Below, piece by piece: positions 20,490 to 29,798 of a stretch of 64,000 nucleotides of DNA; the first letter of the stretch is position 1; every line of letters begins with the position of its first letter. Both the position numbers and the translations under genes were made by a program. The stretch spans positions 197,373 to 261,372 of the forward strand of contig JBBTQW010000002.1 of NCBI GenBank assembly GCA_038065495.1, given 5' to 3'. The DNA is from Patescibacteria group bacterium. Lineage in GTDB: Bacteria > Patescibacteriota > Minisyncoccia > Phycocordibacterales > JACOZG01. Below the pieces are notes generated by a model. That model ran no database searches, was not told where the DNA came from, and saw only the letters and a program-made list of their open reading frames with translations.

Positions 20490-21070
20490 AACGTTGCGAC
20501 TGGACGAGAAATAATCTCTTGATGAATCAGTATCACGACGCTGAATGGGGCGTGTCGTGTTTATCTGATCAGAAATTATTTGAGTATGTAGTTTTAGACA
20601 CTTTCCAGGCTGGCTTGAGCTGGCAGATTATCATCAATAAGCGCGAAAATTTTAGAAAAGCATTTGCCAATTTTGATGCTAAGAAAATAGCGAAGTTTAG
20701 TGAAAAGAGAGCGCAGAGTTTATTAAAAAATGCCGGAATAATTCGCAATAATTTAAAAATTCGCGGCACTATCAGTAATGCGCGAGCTTATTTAGAAATA
20801 AAAAATAATTCTGAGTTTAAAAATTTTGCTGACTATATCTGGAGCTTTGTGGATCACAAACAAATCGCGCATAAAAATAAGAAATTAGAGAATCTAGCCG
20901 CAACTAGTCCGGAGTCAGATAAAATGGCCAGAGATATGAAGGCGCGCGGCTTCAAATTTTGTGGCTCTACGGTTTGTTATGCGTTTATGCAAGGCGCGGG
21001 CTTGATTAATGATCATCTCACCTCTTGCTTTCGTTATAAAAAATGCTTGGCAGGAAAGTTAGAATTTTAA
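20474..21070 (+). CDS. tag: DNA-3-methyladenine glycosylase I
   Basis: RCDW, YHDAEWG, FQAGLSW, GFKFCG, NDHLTSC. Confidence 0.95.
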   Translation: MAREVKRCDWTRNNLLMNQYHDAEWGVSCLSDQKLFEYVVLDTFQAGLSWQIIINKRENFRKAFANFDAKKIAKFSEKRAQSLLKNAGIIRNNLKIRGTISNARAYLEIKNNSEFKNFADYIWSFVDHKQIAHKNKKLENLAATSPESDKMARDMKARGFKFCGSTVCYAFMQGAGLINDHLTSCFRYKKCLAGKLEF

Positions 21071-21166
21071 GCAAAAAAAGAGGCCGGGGAGTTTTGGTTT
21101 GGAACCAATTCTCTCCGGCCTCGCGCATGAATGGAAAATGTTGACATCAGGTACGCCCTTCGTGGG

Positions 21167-21217
21167 CTAACCCGTGGAACAGTTTCCGTCCGCGCAGTTG
21201 GTCGTGTTCCGAATCAT
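21167..21217 (-). CDS. Candidate 16-aa peptide MIRNTTNCADGNCSTG
   Basis: AAAGGAG SD 7 nt upstream, own TTGACC-18-TACGAT promoter, terminator 21073-21122. Confidence 0.4.
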   Translation of the reverse strand: MIRNTTNCADGNCSTG

Positions 21218-21341
21218 CGCGTTTCTCCTTTGTTAGAAGTGGAGGGATCGCCTTGATGGCGACAGCTCCGGGACAAAGATTGGAACAAATTCATCGTAGC
21301 ACCCCCCCCACTTGGCGGTCAAGCGACCTGTGGAAAACTCA

Positions 21342-21671
21342 CTACCACGGTATGTCGTCATCGCTTTGCTTTTCCAGCATCGCGCGGAGATAATTGTTCT
21401 CCCGCCGCGTGGCTTCAAGATCAAAAATCAGATACTTGATGGCGAGACGAAGATAATCCATAGAGTCTTGCAAGCTAGAAACGGTCGCTTTCAATTTGTC
21501 ATGTCTCGCTTTTGCCTCGGCGGCAATGTTTTGCAACTTTTCTCTATCTTGCGACGAGAGCGGCTTTACATCATTTACTTCACCAACAAGCTCTCGAATA
21601 GATTGACCCAAGAGTACTTCGAACACAGCTGGATCCATCTCACGATCAGAAGTCTCGTTTTCCTTGGCCAT
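21342..21671 (-). CDS. Helical/coiled-coil protein resembling a Planctomycete-conserved hypothetical family
   Basis: C-terminal DYLRLAIKYLIFDLEATRREN motif; TTGACT-17-TATAAA, GTTCTTTTTACA, AAAGGGG SD. Confidence 0.75.
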   Translation of the reverse strand: MAKENETSDREMDPAVFEVLLGQSIRELVGEVNDVKPLSSQDREKLQNIAAEAKARHDKLKATVSSLQDSMDYLRLAIKYLIFDLEATRRENNYLRAMLEKQSDDDIPW

Positions 21672-21764
21672 GTTGTTCCCCCTTTCATGTAAAAAGAACC
21701 CGGCCAAACTATTTATACACGAATTAGGTTGGCAAGTCAAATCAGTTTATGATAACTGGATAAA

Positions 21765-23903
21765 ATGCAAACAGAAGATTTAATTACGCAACACTTTAGA
21801 CTAGCGCCAAGTCAGGCCAAAGCGTTGGAAAAATTGAGACTGGAAACAGTGCGCGATTTGCTGTATTACTTCCCTGCCCGTTACGGCCAAGTTTTGCCAG
21901 AGAAGAAAATTGCGGAATTACTTGTCGGCGATAATGTGACGATTTACGCGCAAGTGGTACGCGCCAAAGTGAGCAAAGCGTGGAAAAAGAAAATTCCAAT
22001 GGGCGAAGTGACGCTAGAAGATCAAACGGGCAGAATCAAAGCGATCTGGTTCCATCAGCCGTACTTGGCAAAAAAAGTAGCGCCCGCGCACTTCGCGCGC
22101 CTGCAGGGAAAAGTGGCAGAAAGAAAAGGTGAACTCTATCTTGCTAATCCAGAAATCGAGGCTGTTTCCGGCTTGGGCACTAGCGAAACTCTCTTTGCTG
22201 ATGAAAATAATGCCGAAATAAATTATCTCCTGCCGGTTTATCCAGAAACACGCGGGATTTCGTCACTGTGGTTACATCACGCAGTTAAGAAAATCTTAAA
22301 AAATAATTTGCAAGAGAGTCTGACAGATTATTTGCCAACAGAAATAATTAAAAAATATAATTTGCCAAAACTAGCAACGGCTCTCGTCTGGATTCACAGT
22401 CCTAGAACCGAGTCAGATAGTTTAGCCGCGAGAAAGAGATTTGCATTTGAGGAGATATTTTTTATCCAGCTCACGCGCTTGCGGGCGAAATTGAATTATC
22501 AAGAACAGCAAGCCTTTGTGATTAAGCCAGAGCAGAAGGGGCTAGACGAGTTTATTTCCCGCTTCCCCTTCCCGCTCACCAGCGCGCAAGATCGGGCGAT
22601 TCAGCAAATTACCACAGACTTTACCAAATCAGCGCCAATGACCAGATTACTAGAGGGCGACGTCGGATCAGGCAAAACAGCCGTCGCAACTGTTACTGCT
22701 CTTGCTGTGGTCCAAGCTGGCGGCGAAGTGGCTTATATGGCGCCGACGGAAATCCTCGCCAAGCAACATTTTGAGTCTTTTATTTCTTACTTTCGCCATT
22801 TGCCACGCGTGCAGATTGGTTTGATTACAGGAGCTGGTTGCTACAAGTTTCCGTCAAAAATTAATTTAAATAGCTACACTAATATTTCGCGCCCGCAACT
22901 CTTGAAATGGGTGGCGAACGGCGAAATTCCCATCTTGATTGGCACACACGCGCTGATCCAGAAAGCCGTGAAATTTAAAAATCTGGCTTATGTAATCATT
23001 GATGAACAACACCGATTTGGCGTGATGCAACGTGCCAAATTAGTGAGAAAAGATGAAAATAAAGCGCCACACTTGCTCTCCATGACCGCCACGCCGATCC
23101 CGCGCACGCTCGCGCTCACAATCTATGGCGACTTGGATTTAACTTTATTAGATGAACTGCCAGCCGGTCGCAAACAAGTGAAAACCGAAATTGTGAGCGA
23201 AGTAAATAGAAATAAAGCTTATGCGCATATTAAGCAAGAACTAGAATCCGGCCGGCAAGCTTTCGTGATCTGCCCCAGAATTGACGAGCCAGACCCAACA
23301 AAAGCGCTGGCGATGCAAACCAAGTCGGCCAAAGCGGAAGCTAGAAGATTGCAAGACAAAATTTTTCCGGATTTCACGATTGGCTTGGTGCATAGCAAAC
23401 TCAAACCAAAAGATAAAGAAGAAGTGATGAGCGACTTTGCGTCTGGGAAAATTGATATTCTGGTTTCCACATCTGTGGTGGAAGTGGGCGTGAATGTGCC
23501 AAATGCGACGATCATTATTATTGAGGGCGCGGAGCGCTTTGGCTTGGCGCAACTGCACCAACTCCGCGGTCGCGTGCTACGCTCTAGCCATCAAGCGCAT
23601 TGTTACTTATTTACCAGCAAAGCCAGCGGTCAAGAGAATGCGCGACTGAAAGCCTTAGAGAAGGCGAAAAACGGCTTTGAGCTCGCCGAGCTCGACCTTA
23701 AACTCCGCGGCTCCGGTTCGCTCTCGAGTGGCAAGCAATGGGGTTTATCAGACCTCGGTATGGAAGCGATCAAGAATCTCAAAATGGTGGAAGCGGCGCG
23801 CCTGGAAGCGCAGAATTTACTAAAAACCGATCCGGACTTAAAAAATTCTAAATTAATTAAAGAAAAACTAGCGGAACAAAAAGCGGAGATTCATTTTGAA
23901 TAA
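21765..23903 (+). CDS. recG: ATP-dependent DNA helicase RecG
   Basis: RLLEGDVGSGKT, MAPTEILAKQH, DEQHRFGV, MTATPIPRT, QLRGRV. Confidence 0.97.
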   Translation: MQTEDLITQHFRLAPSQAKALEKLRLETVRDLLYYFPARYGQVLPEKKIAELLVGDNVTIYAQVVRAKVSKAWKKKIPMGEVTLEDQTGRIKAIWFHQPYLAKKVAPAHFARLQGKVAERKGELYLANPEIEAVSGLGTSETLFADENNAEINYLLPVYPETRGISSLWLHHAVKKILKNNLQESLTDYLPTEIIKKYNLPKLATALVWIHSPRTESDSLAARKRFAFEEIFFIQLTRLRAKLNYQEQQAFVIKPEQKGLDEFISRFPFPLTSAQDRAIQQITTDFTKSAPMTRLLEGDVGSGKTAVATVTALAVVQAGGEVAYMAPTEILAKQHFESFISYFRHLPRVQIGLITGAGCYKFPSKINLNSYTNISRPQLLKWVANGEIPILIGTHALIQKAVKFKNLAYVIIDEQHRFGVMQRAKLVRKDENKAPHLLSMTATPIPRTLALTIYGDLDLTLLDELPAGRKQVKTEIVSEVNRNKAYAHIKQELESGRQAFVICPRIDEPDPTKALAMQTKSAKAEARRLQDKIFPDFTIGLVHSKLKPKDKEEVMSDFASGKIDILVSTSVVEVGVNVPNATIIIIEGAERFGLAQLHQLRGRVLRSSHQAHCYLFTSKASGQENARLKALEKAKNGFELAELDLKLRGSGSLSSGKQWGLSDLGMEAIKNLKMVEAARLEAQNLLKTDPDLKNSKLIKEKLAEQKAEIHFE

Positions 23904-23913
23904 AGATTTAGTT

Positions 23914-24747
23914 TTACAGATTGCTTTTCAGCTTTTTAGCAATTTCATACTCCTTACTAGTAAGTTCAAGATGGCAATCTTTGCACTTATATAAATCTGG
24001 AAAAGACACGCCTCCAAAATGGACCGTTGGAGAAAAAACATTTGTCGCATAAGAATCTGACTCATCGGAAGAAAAACCATACGAACCACAACGCGGACAT
24101 TTATTTCCCCTTGGATAGTAAGATGCGGTATCAACATTGTAAGTCAGCCACTTTCTTGGATAAATAAAATTCCCAGTCTCGCCCATCGCTTTAATTTTAG
24201 TTCTCACTTCTTCAATCAAAACTTGCTCTAGTTCTTCTTCAGAATATTTTCTCTTAGGGATGCCTGTTTTGACGTTATCTTTCCCAAACAAACTCACAGC
24301 CTGTTTAGAAATCTTTCCCCACAAAGTTCCCATTTTTTTCACCACGTCTTCGGGGTCGAGCAAAATTTCATCATCTGATTTGTAACTATGATTAAATTCA
24401 TTTCGAATATTATAAACATCCGTTAATATCTGCAGCTCTTCTTCAGAAAAAATCCGGCTGAATATTATTTTAACTCTTGCCAAAATACCGGCGATTTTTG
24501 CTGTTTTAATATCTTTCTCTTTTTTCTTGACTACTGTTGCCAATGCATTATCGTCTTGAAGCTTACCTGCATCAAAAATCAAGACTGGATTTTTTCTATG
24601 CAGTTTTATTTTCAATATTTTTTCAACCACGGTACAAAAAGACACAATTATGTCCGGGAGATTTTCTTTATCATCTGGATTGCCAGTCAAATAATCGTTT
24701 ACGCGACCATGCAAATAAAGTAGATATTTGTGTTCTTTTTTCTTCAT
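23914..24747 (-). CDS. HEPN-like (RxxxxH) protein with C-terminal Zn ribbon
   Basis: RNEFNH motif, CPRC...CKDC; AT-rich, starts 7 nt after tRNA-Ile 3' end. Confidence 0.55.
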   Translation of the reverse strand: MKKKEHKYLLYLHGRVNDYLTGNPDDKENLPDIIVSFCTVVEKILKIKLHRKNPVLIFDAGKLQDDNALATVVKKKEKDIKTAKIAGILARVKIIFSRIFSEEELQILTDVYNIRNEFNHSYKSDDEILLDPEDVVKKMGTLWGKISKQAVSLFGKDNVKTGIPKRKYSEEELEQVLIEEVRTKIKAMGETGNFIYPRKWLTYNVDTASYYPRGNKCPRCGSYGFSSDESDSYATNVFSPTVHFGGVSFPDLYKCKDCHLELTSKEYEIAKKLKSNL

Positions 24748-24754
24748 ATTTTAG

Positions 24755-24828
24755 TGCGCGTGCTTGGATTCGAACCAAGGACCGCCGAGGTATAAGCTCG
24801 GTGCTCTAACCAGCTGAGCTACACGCGC
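24755..24828 (-). tRNA. tRNA-Ile(TAT)
   Basis: GCGCGTG/CACGCGC acceptor, CCGAG-CT-TAT-AC-CTCGG anticodon arm, GGTTCGAATCC. Confidence 0.92.
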
Positions 24829-24848
24829 GCTTTTATTATATCGCCAAA

Positions 24849-26756
24849 CTAGGATATTATCTCCTGTCCGGCGTCGGCGGTTTTCGGCTTAATGCCGTTC
24901 AAGACGAGTAGTTTATCAAAGTCTTCGCGATCAATCGTTTCGACTTTAATCAGCTCTTGCGACATATCATCGAGAATTTCGCGCTTGGTGGTCAGCACTT
25001 CCTTAGCTCGCGCTAGCGCTTCCGTCATAATCTTGGCCACTTCGGCATCCACGGCGGTCTGGACGGTCTGCGACGAAGCGCTCTCATTGCCCACGTTCTG
25101 GCCAAAGTATAATTTGGTTCCGCCGTTGTCGAAAGCGATTGGCCCAAGTTTGTCGCTCATGCCATACTTCGTCACCATGTTGCGGGCGAGCGCGGTGGAA
25201 ACCGAAATATCATTAGAAGCGCCAGTGGTGATGTCACCGAAAATTAAATTTTCTGCCGCATAACCGGCCAGCGAAACAGCAATGTCGTCCAGAAATTCTT
25301 GCCGCGACTGTAACTTTTTATCTTCAAATGGCAGTTTTAGAGTATAACCAGCGGCGTGTCCGCGAGAAATGATGGAAACTTTGTGCACCGGATCGGCGTG
25401 TGGGAGAACAGAAGCCACAAGCGCGTGGCCCATCTCGTGATAAGCCGTGATTTTCTTCTCTTTCACCGAGAGAATGTGACTCTTACGCTCGGGGCCAAGC
25501 ATCACTTTTTCCACACTTCTAATCAAGTCATACTGCGTAATCTCGGTTCGGCTCTCGCGCGCGGCGAGGATCGCGCCTTCGTTCATCAAGTTCGCCAAGT
25601 CAGCGCCCGAGAAGCCTGGCGTGCGCTCGGCAATGGCTCTCAAATTTACATCCGGGCCAAGCGGCTTTTTGCGCGTATAAATTTGCAAAATTTCTTCTCT
25701 GTCTCTGATATCCGGATTATCTAAAATTACTCGCCGATCAAATCTGCCCGGGCGCAATAAAGCTGGATCTAAAACATCTGGTCTATTTGTGGCCGCAATC
25801 ACGATTAACTTTTCATTTGGCTCAAAGCCGTCCATCTCGACGAGAATTTGATTCAGAGTTTGCTCACGTTCGTCATTGCCGCCGCCCATGCCTGATCCTC
25901 TGTGCCGGCCAATGGCGTCAATTTCGTCAATAAAAATAATAGACGGCGCTAATTTCTTTGCTAATCTGAATAAATCTCTCACGCGCGAGGCCCCCACGCC
26001 CACAAACATTTCCACAAAGTCCGAACCAGAGAGATAGAGAAACGGCACTTGGGCCTCGCCCGCCACCGCTCTAGCCAAGAGAGTTTTTCCCGTGCCGGGC
26101 GCGCCCATCAAGATCACGCCTTTCGGAATTCTGGCGCCGATATCCAGAAACTTTTTGGGATTTTTGAGAAAGTCTACAATTTCCAGCAATTCTTCTTTGG
26201 CCTCACGCACGCCAGCGACATCCTTGAACGTAATCCGCTGACTCGAATCTGTGGGGTCAATAATTTTGGCCTTAGACTGGCCAAAAGTGAAGGCCTGCAT
26301 CGAGGCGCCATGGAGCTGCTTAGAAATTAGCCAGAACAAGAATAGCACAAAGAGTAGAGGCGCCAAGAATGGCAAGAGATTGGCGAGCCAGAAGGTCCAA
26401 CCACCCGGCTCTTGCACACTCACATTGGCCGTCGCGAGTTGCTCGGCTGTGACGCCGTAATTCCTTAAGGCTTCGGAGAGCGCCGTCTCGGCCTCTTTCT
26501 TGGCCGTCACCTCTTCGCCCGTCTTGAGCGTGACTTGCAAACTATTATCTTGCACTACAATTTTCTCCACTTCGCCAGCCGTCACGGCCCGAGCCACTTC
26601 CGAGATCGCCACTTCCCGCTTGATCGTCTGATTCTCCACAAAGTAAGAATACAAACCAACGAGCAAACCCAGCACCAAGAGAGACAGAAAAATCTGTCCG
26701 CCAAATTGGCTCAAGACTTGCCCAGGACCGCGCTTGGAAGTTGGTGTTGGTGGCAT
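24849..26756 (-). CDS. ftsH: ATP-dependent zinc metalloprotease FtsH
   Basis: 2 [27 protein letters not shown]. Confidence 0.98.
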   Translation of the reverse strand: MPPTPTSKRGPGQVLSQFGGQIFLSLLVLGLLVGLYSYFVENQTIKREVAISEVARAVTAGEVEKIVVQDNSLQVTLKTGEEVTAKKEAETALSEALRNYGVTAEQLATANVSVQEPGGWTFWLANLLPFLAPLLFVLFLFWLISKQLHGASMQAFTFGQSKAKIIDPTDSSQRITFKDVAGVREAKEELLEIVDFLKNPKKFLDIGARIPKGVILMGAPGTGKTLLARAVAGEAQVPFLYLSGSDFVEMFVGVGASRVRDLFRLAKKLAPSIIFIDEIDAIGRHRGSGMGGGNDEREQTLNQILVEMDGFEPNEKLIVIAATNRPDVLDPALLRPGRFDRRVILDNPDIRDREEILQIYTRKKPLGPDVNLRAIAERTPGFSGADLANLMNEGAILAARESRTEITQYDLIRSVEKVMLGPERKSHILSVKEKKITAYHEMGHALVASVLPHADPVHKVSIISRGHAAGYTLKLPFEDKKLQSRQEFLDDIAVSLAGYAAENLIFGDITTGASNDISVSTALARNMVTKYGMSDKLGPIAFDNGGTKLYFGQNVGNESASSQTVQTAVDAEVAKIMTEALARAKEVLTTKREILDDMSQELIKVETIDREDFDKLLVLNGIKPKTADAGQEIIS

Positions 26757-26825
26757 GTAATTAATGATTATCTAGAAAGCCGATTATAACAGAATAATTG
26801 CTAAAATCAAGCGTTAATAAGCTAG

Positions 26826-26896
26826 TGCGGGATGCGAGAATCGAACTCGCGTCTAATGCTTGGGAAGCACTTGTTCTGCCACTTAACTAATCCCGC
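26826..26896 (-). tRNA. tRNA-Gly(CCC)
   Basis: GCGGGAT/ATCCCGC acceptor, TT-CCC-AA loop, GTTCGATTC. Confidence 0.92.
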
Positions 26897-26903
26897 TTTT
26901 TTC

Positions 26904-27272
26904 TCAATTCCCACTCCAGAGCGATTGCCACCAGCTCTTGCTTGTCGTTGCCACTGCCGTGGTAGCATTACTTGCTACCACGGCGATGACTTTCTCACCC
27001 ACTTTCACCACCGCAAACTTCTCTCTGATTTTCTGTTCTAGACCTGATTCTGTCTTGAGCAAACCAATTTCGCTAGCGAGCTTTTCTTCCCGCGCTTTGA
27101 TCTCACTCAATTCTTGCTCCACTTGCTCGCGATCGGTCACCACCACGCGACTCTTCTGCCACGTCACCCACACCGAACGCCCCAGCCACAGCGCGAGCAG
27201 CACTAAGAAGACCACGCCCGTACGCGAGTGCATAAACCGACGGAAGAGACTCTGATTTTGCCATTTACTCAT
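26904..27272 (-). CDS. Septum formation initiator (FtsB/DivIC family)
   Basis: TM + coiled coil, EQKIREKFAVVKVGEKVI. Confidence 0.8.
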   Translation of the reverse strand: MSKWQNQSLFRRFMHSRTGVVFLVLLALWLGRSVWVTWQKSRVVVTDREQVEQELSEIKAREEKLASEIGLLKTESGLEQKIREKFAVVKVGEKVIAVVASNATTAVATTSKSWWQSLWSGN

Positions 27273-27296
27273 TTTGCTTTATACTACAACAAAATT

Positions 27297-27407
27297 ATGA
27301 TTCTGAACAAAAGACATCAGAAAGGCCTGCAAATCCTCTGGACCGTGGTGGGCGTGGTGGTGATCCTGGGCATGCTCCTGCTCTACGGCGGCCAGCTCTT
27401 TCTCTAA
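27297..27407 (+). CDS. Small single-TM protein (36 aa, MILNKRHQKGLQILWTVVGVVVILGMLLLYGGQLFL)
   Basis: Open frame fills the gap, basic N-terminus then TM, TATACT upstream. Confidence 0.6.
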   Translation: MILNKRHQKGLQILWTVVGVVVILGMLLLYGGQLFL

Positions 27408-27418
27408 TTCAATCAAGC

Positions 27419-29218
27419 TTAATTCTGCGAGCTGATCATCTTGAGGAAAACCTCCGGCGGGATATTAACCGAGCCGCGGGCCTGCATCTTTTTCTTCCCC
27501 TTTTTCTGCTTCTCGCGGAGCTTCATCTTGCGGGTAATATCACCGCCATACAAGTAATCTGTGACGTCTTTCCTTAACGCTGATAAGCTCCGCGCGGCGA
27601 TGATTCGCCCAAGCGCTTGCGCTTGCAGTTTGATCGTAATCAACTGGCGCGGCATCAGCTCTTCCAACTTCTCCACCACCGCTTGCGCTTCGTGTTCCAC
27701 CTTCGCCCGCGAAACAACTTTACAGAACGGCGCCACAATCTCGCCATTTACTAAAACATCTAAGCGCACCACTTCCGCCGGCCGCAGGCCGATCAACTGA
27801 TAAGAAAAAGAAGCGAAGCCGGATGAGACGCTTTTTAATTCATCAAAAAAATGACGCATCAATTCGCGCAACGGTAGCTCTATTTCTAGTTTTGATCTGT
27901 CATCGCTAAAATTCTCTGTCGTGATTAAATTTACTTCGTGATCGTTAAAGAGCCTAATCACATTTCCCAAATAGCTTGGCGGCAAAATAATGGAAGCACG
28001 CAACCACGGCTCGCGAATCTCATACTCGTGCGTGTCGCTGGGGAAGAGTGATGGCGAATAAATCATTTTAGTTTCATCAGTTTGTGTATTTTTTACTTCA
28101 TAACCAATGCTCGGCGTGGTCACGACCAAACTCAGATCAAATTCGCGCTTCAAGCGTTCTACTATTATTTCTAAGTGCAATAAACCAAGAAAGCCGGCTC
28201 TAAATCCTCGCCCCAAAGTTCCCGAAGATTCTTCGTTGAAGGATAGCGCCGCGTCGGATAATCTTAGTCTTTCTAAAGACTGCCGAAGTAGCACAAAATC
28301 ATCAGCATTCTCCGGATAGAGCGATGCCCACACAACTGGTTTAGGCTCGCTGTAGCCAGCCACCGCTGGCAGAGAATGCGCCACGCTGGTAACCGTATCG
28401 CCCACCCGCGCCGTGCCCGCGCGCTTCACACCCGTCACAATGTAACCGATCTCGCCGGCTGATAACTTAGCTAATGGCTTCTTCTCCGGCATAAACGAGC
28501 CGACTTCCAGCACCGTAAACTTCTCACCCGTGGCGCGGAACATCAATTGCTCGCCCTTCTTGATTTCGCCATCAAATAATCTAGCGTAAATAATCACGCC
28601 CTGATGTGTTGAGTAAGAAAAATCAAAAATTAAAGCTCTGGGATTAGTACCAGGGAATTCTAGCGTTGGCGCCGGAATTTTCGCCACAATTTCCGTCAGC
28701 AATTCCGCCACACCGGCGCCAGTCTTGCCCGAGACTTTCATAATCTCTGCTGATTCACATTTCAACAAATCCATAATTTCCTGCTCAGTCTCAGTCACTC
28801 GCGCCGCATCAGAATCAATTTTGTTGATCACCGGTATGATTTTTAAACCTAAATCACGCGCCAGATTTAGCACCGTAAAAGTCTGCGCTTGCACACCTTG
28901 CGTGGCGTCCACCAAGAGCAAAACTCCTTCCACGGCTTGTAGTGCGCGCGAAACTTCGTAAGAGAAATCGATGTGTCCGGGCGTGTCTATCAGATTTAAT
29001 AAATATTCTTCGCTATTTTGTACATACTTCATTCGCACTGGTTGCATCTTAATCGTGATTCCCCGCTCGCGTTCCAAGTCCATCATATCCAGCACTTGCG
29101 CGCGCATCTTGCGCTTCTCGATCGTATGCGTCACTTCTAAGAGCCGATCAGCGAGCGTGCTCTTGCCGTGATCGATGTGCGCGATGATAGAAAAATTCCT
29201 GATATTCTTTAGTTCCAT
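27419..29218 (-). CDS. lepA: Elongation factor 4
   Basis: IRNFSIIAHIDHGKSTLADR, GFLGLLHLEI, YGGDITRKMKL. Confidence 0.98.
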   Translation of the reverse strand: MELKNIRNFSIIAHIDHGKSTLADRLLEVTHTIEKRKMRAQVLDMMDLERERGITIKMQPVRMKYVQNSEEYLLNLIDTPGHIDFSYEVSRALQAVEGVLLLVDATQGVQAQTFTVLNLARDLGLKIIPVINKIDSDAARVTETEQEIMDLLKCESAEIMKVSGKTGAGVAELLTEIVAKIPAPTLEFPGTNPRALIFDFSYSTHQGVIIYARLFDGEIKKGEQLMFRATGEKFTVLEVGSFMPEKKPLAKLSAGEIGYIVTGVKRAGTARVGDTVTSVAHSLPAVAGYSEPKPVVWASLYPENADDFVLLRQSLERLRLSDAALSFNEESSGTLGRGFRAGFLGLLHLEIIVERLKREFDLSLVVTTPSIGYEVKNTQTDETKMIYSPSLFPSDTHEYEIREPWLRASIILPPSYLGNVIRLFNDHEVNLITTENFSDDRSKLEIELPLRELMRHFFDELKSVSSGFASFSYQLIGLRPAEVVRLDVLVNGEIVAPFCKVVSRAKVEHEAQAVVEKLEELMPRQLITIKLQAQALGRIIAARSLSALRKDVTDYLYGGDITRKMKLREKQKKGKKKMQARGSVNIPPEVFLKMISSQN

Positions 29219-29331
29219 ATGTTAAATTGTTATCAAACTCTACAGTAAAACCAGAAAAAAGCAAAAATTTAGACAAAAAAAGAACGCCGCTTGCCTCGTG
29301 AGAGACAAACGACGTTAGATGGGTAGATTCA

Positions 29332-29571
29332 TCAGAACAGAAGAATCACGGGAGCAAATTCAGCGATCCGAGCAAGCCTCCCCGTTATATTCTCCACGGC
29401 GTTCATGCTGTTGTCCGCGGGGCGAGTTTCATCTAATTTGGTGTAGATGTTAGAGCCACCACGAAAACCAAGTGCAGATTTTGGAGGAGGTGTAAAAATA
29501 AACTTCTGCCCAGAACGCAAATCTTGGAATTCCAGGGGAGCCAATTTTGACTTCCTTGTTTTCTTGGCCAT
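29332..29571 (-). CDS. Small orphan beta-rich protein (79 aa), cassette cargo
   Basis: AAAGGAG SD, consensus promoter, terminator ~29271-29317 ending TTTTTTTGTCTAAA. Confidence 0.7.
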   Translation of the reverse strand: MAKKTRKSKLAPLEFQDLRSGQKFIFTPPPKSALGFRGGSNIYTKLDETRPADNSMNAVENITGRLARIAEFAPVILLF

Positions 29572-29603
29572 GTTTTCTCCTTTCACGAGAAATACTTAAT
29601 TGA

Positions 29604-29665
29604 TTGTCAAAGTGCCACATTAGCACTCCAACCCCCATTATATACCTATCAAGTCTATTTGTCAA
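29604..29665 (-). promoter_or_regulatory. Consensus sigma70 promoter plus boxA-like motif (cassette header)
   Basis: TTGACA-17-TATAAT-GGGGGTTGG..GTGGCACTTTGACAA, near-identical to 17733-17795. Confidence 0.8.
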
Positions 29666-29710
29666 GTGTTTTTATGTGATTTTTAGAGAAAATGGCTCAA
29701 CAGAGCCACA

Positions 29711-29798
29711 TAACCCCCTTAATCCCCCTTATTTTAAGGGGGAAACTACTAAACACATTTTTTCTTGCTCCCCCTTAGAGTAAGGGGGTCGGGGGTTA
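29711..29798. repeat. Composite palindromic repeat (CCCCTT..AAGGGG family), copy 3
   Basis: CCCCCTTATTTTAAGGGGG and CCCCTTAGAGTAAGGGG hairpins abutting murJ stop. Confidence 0.6.
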
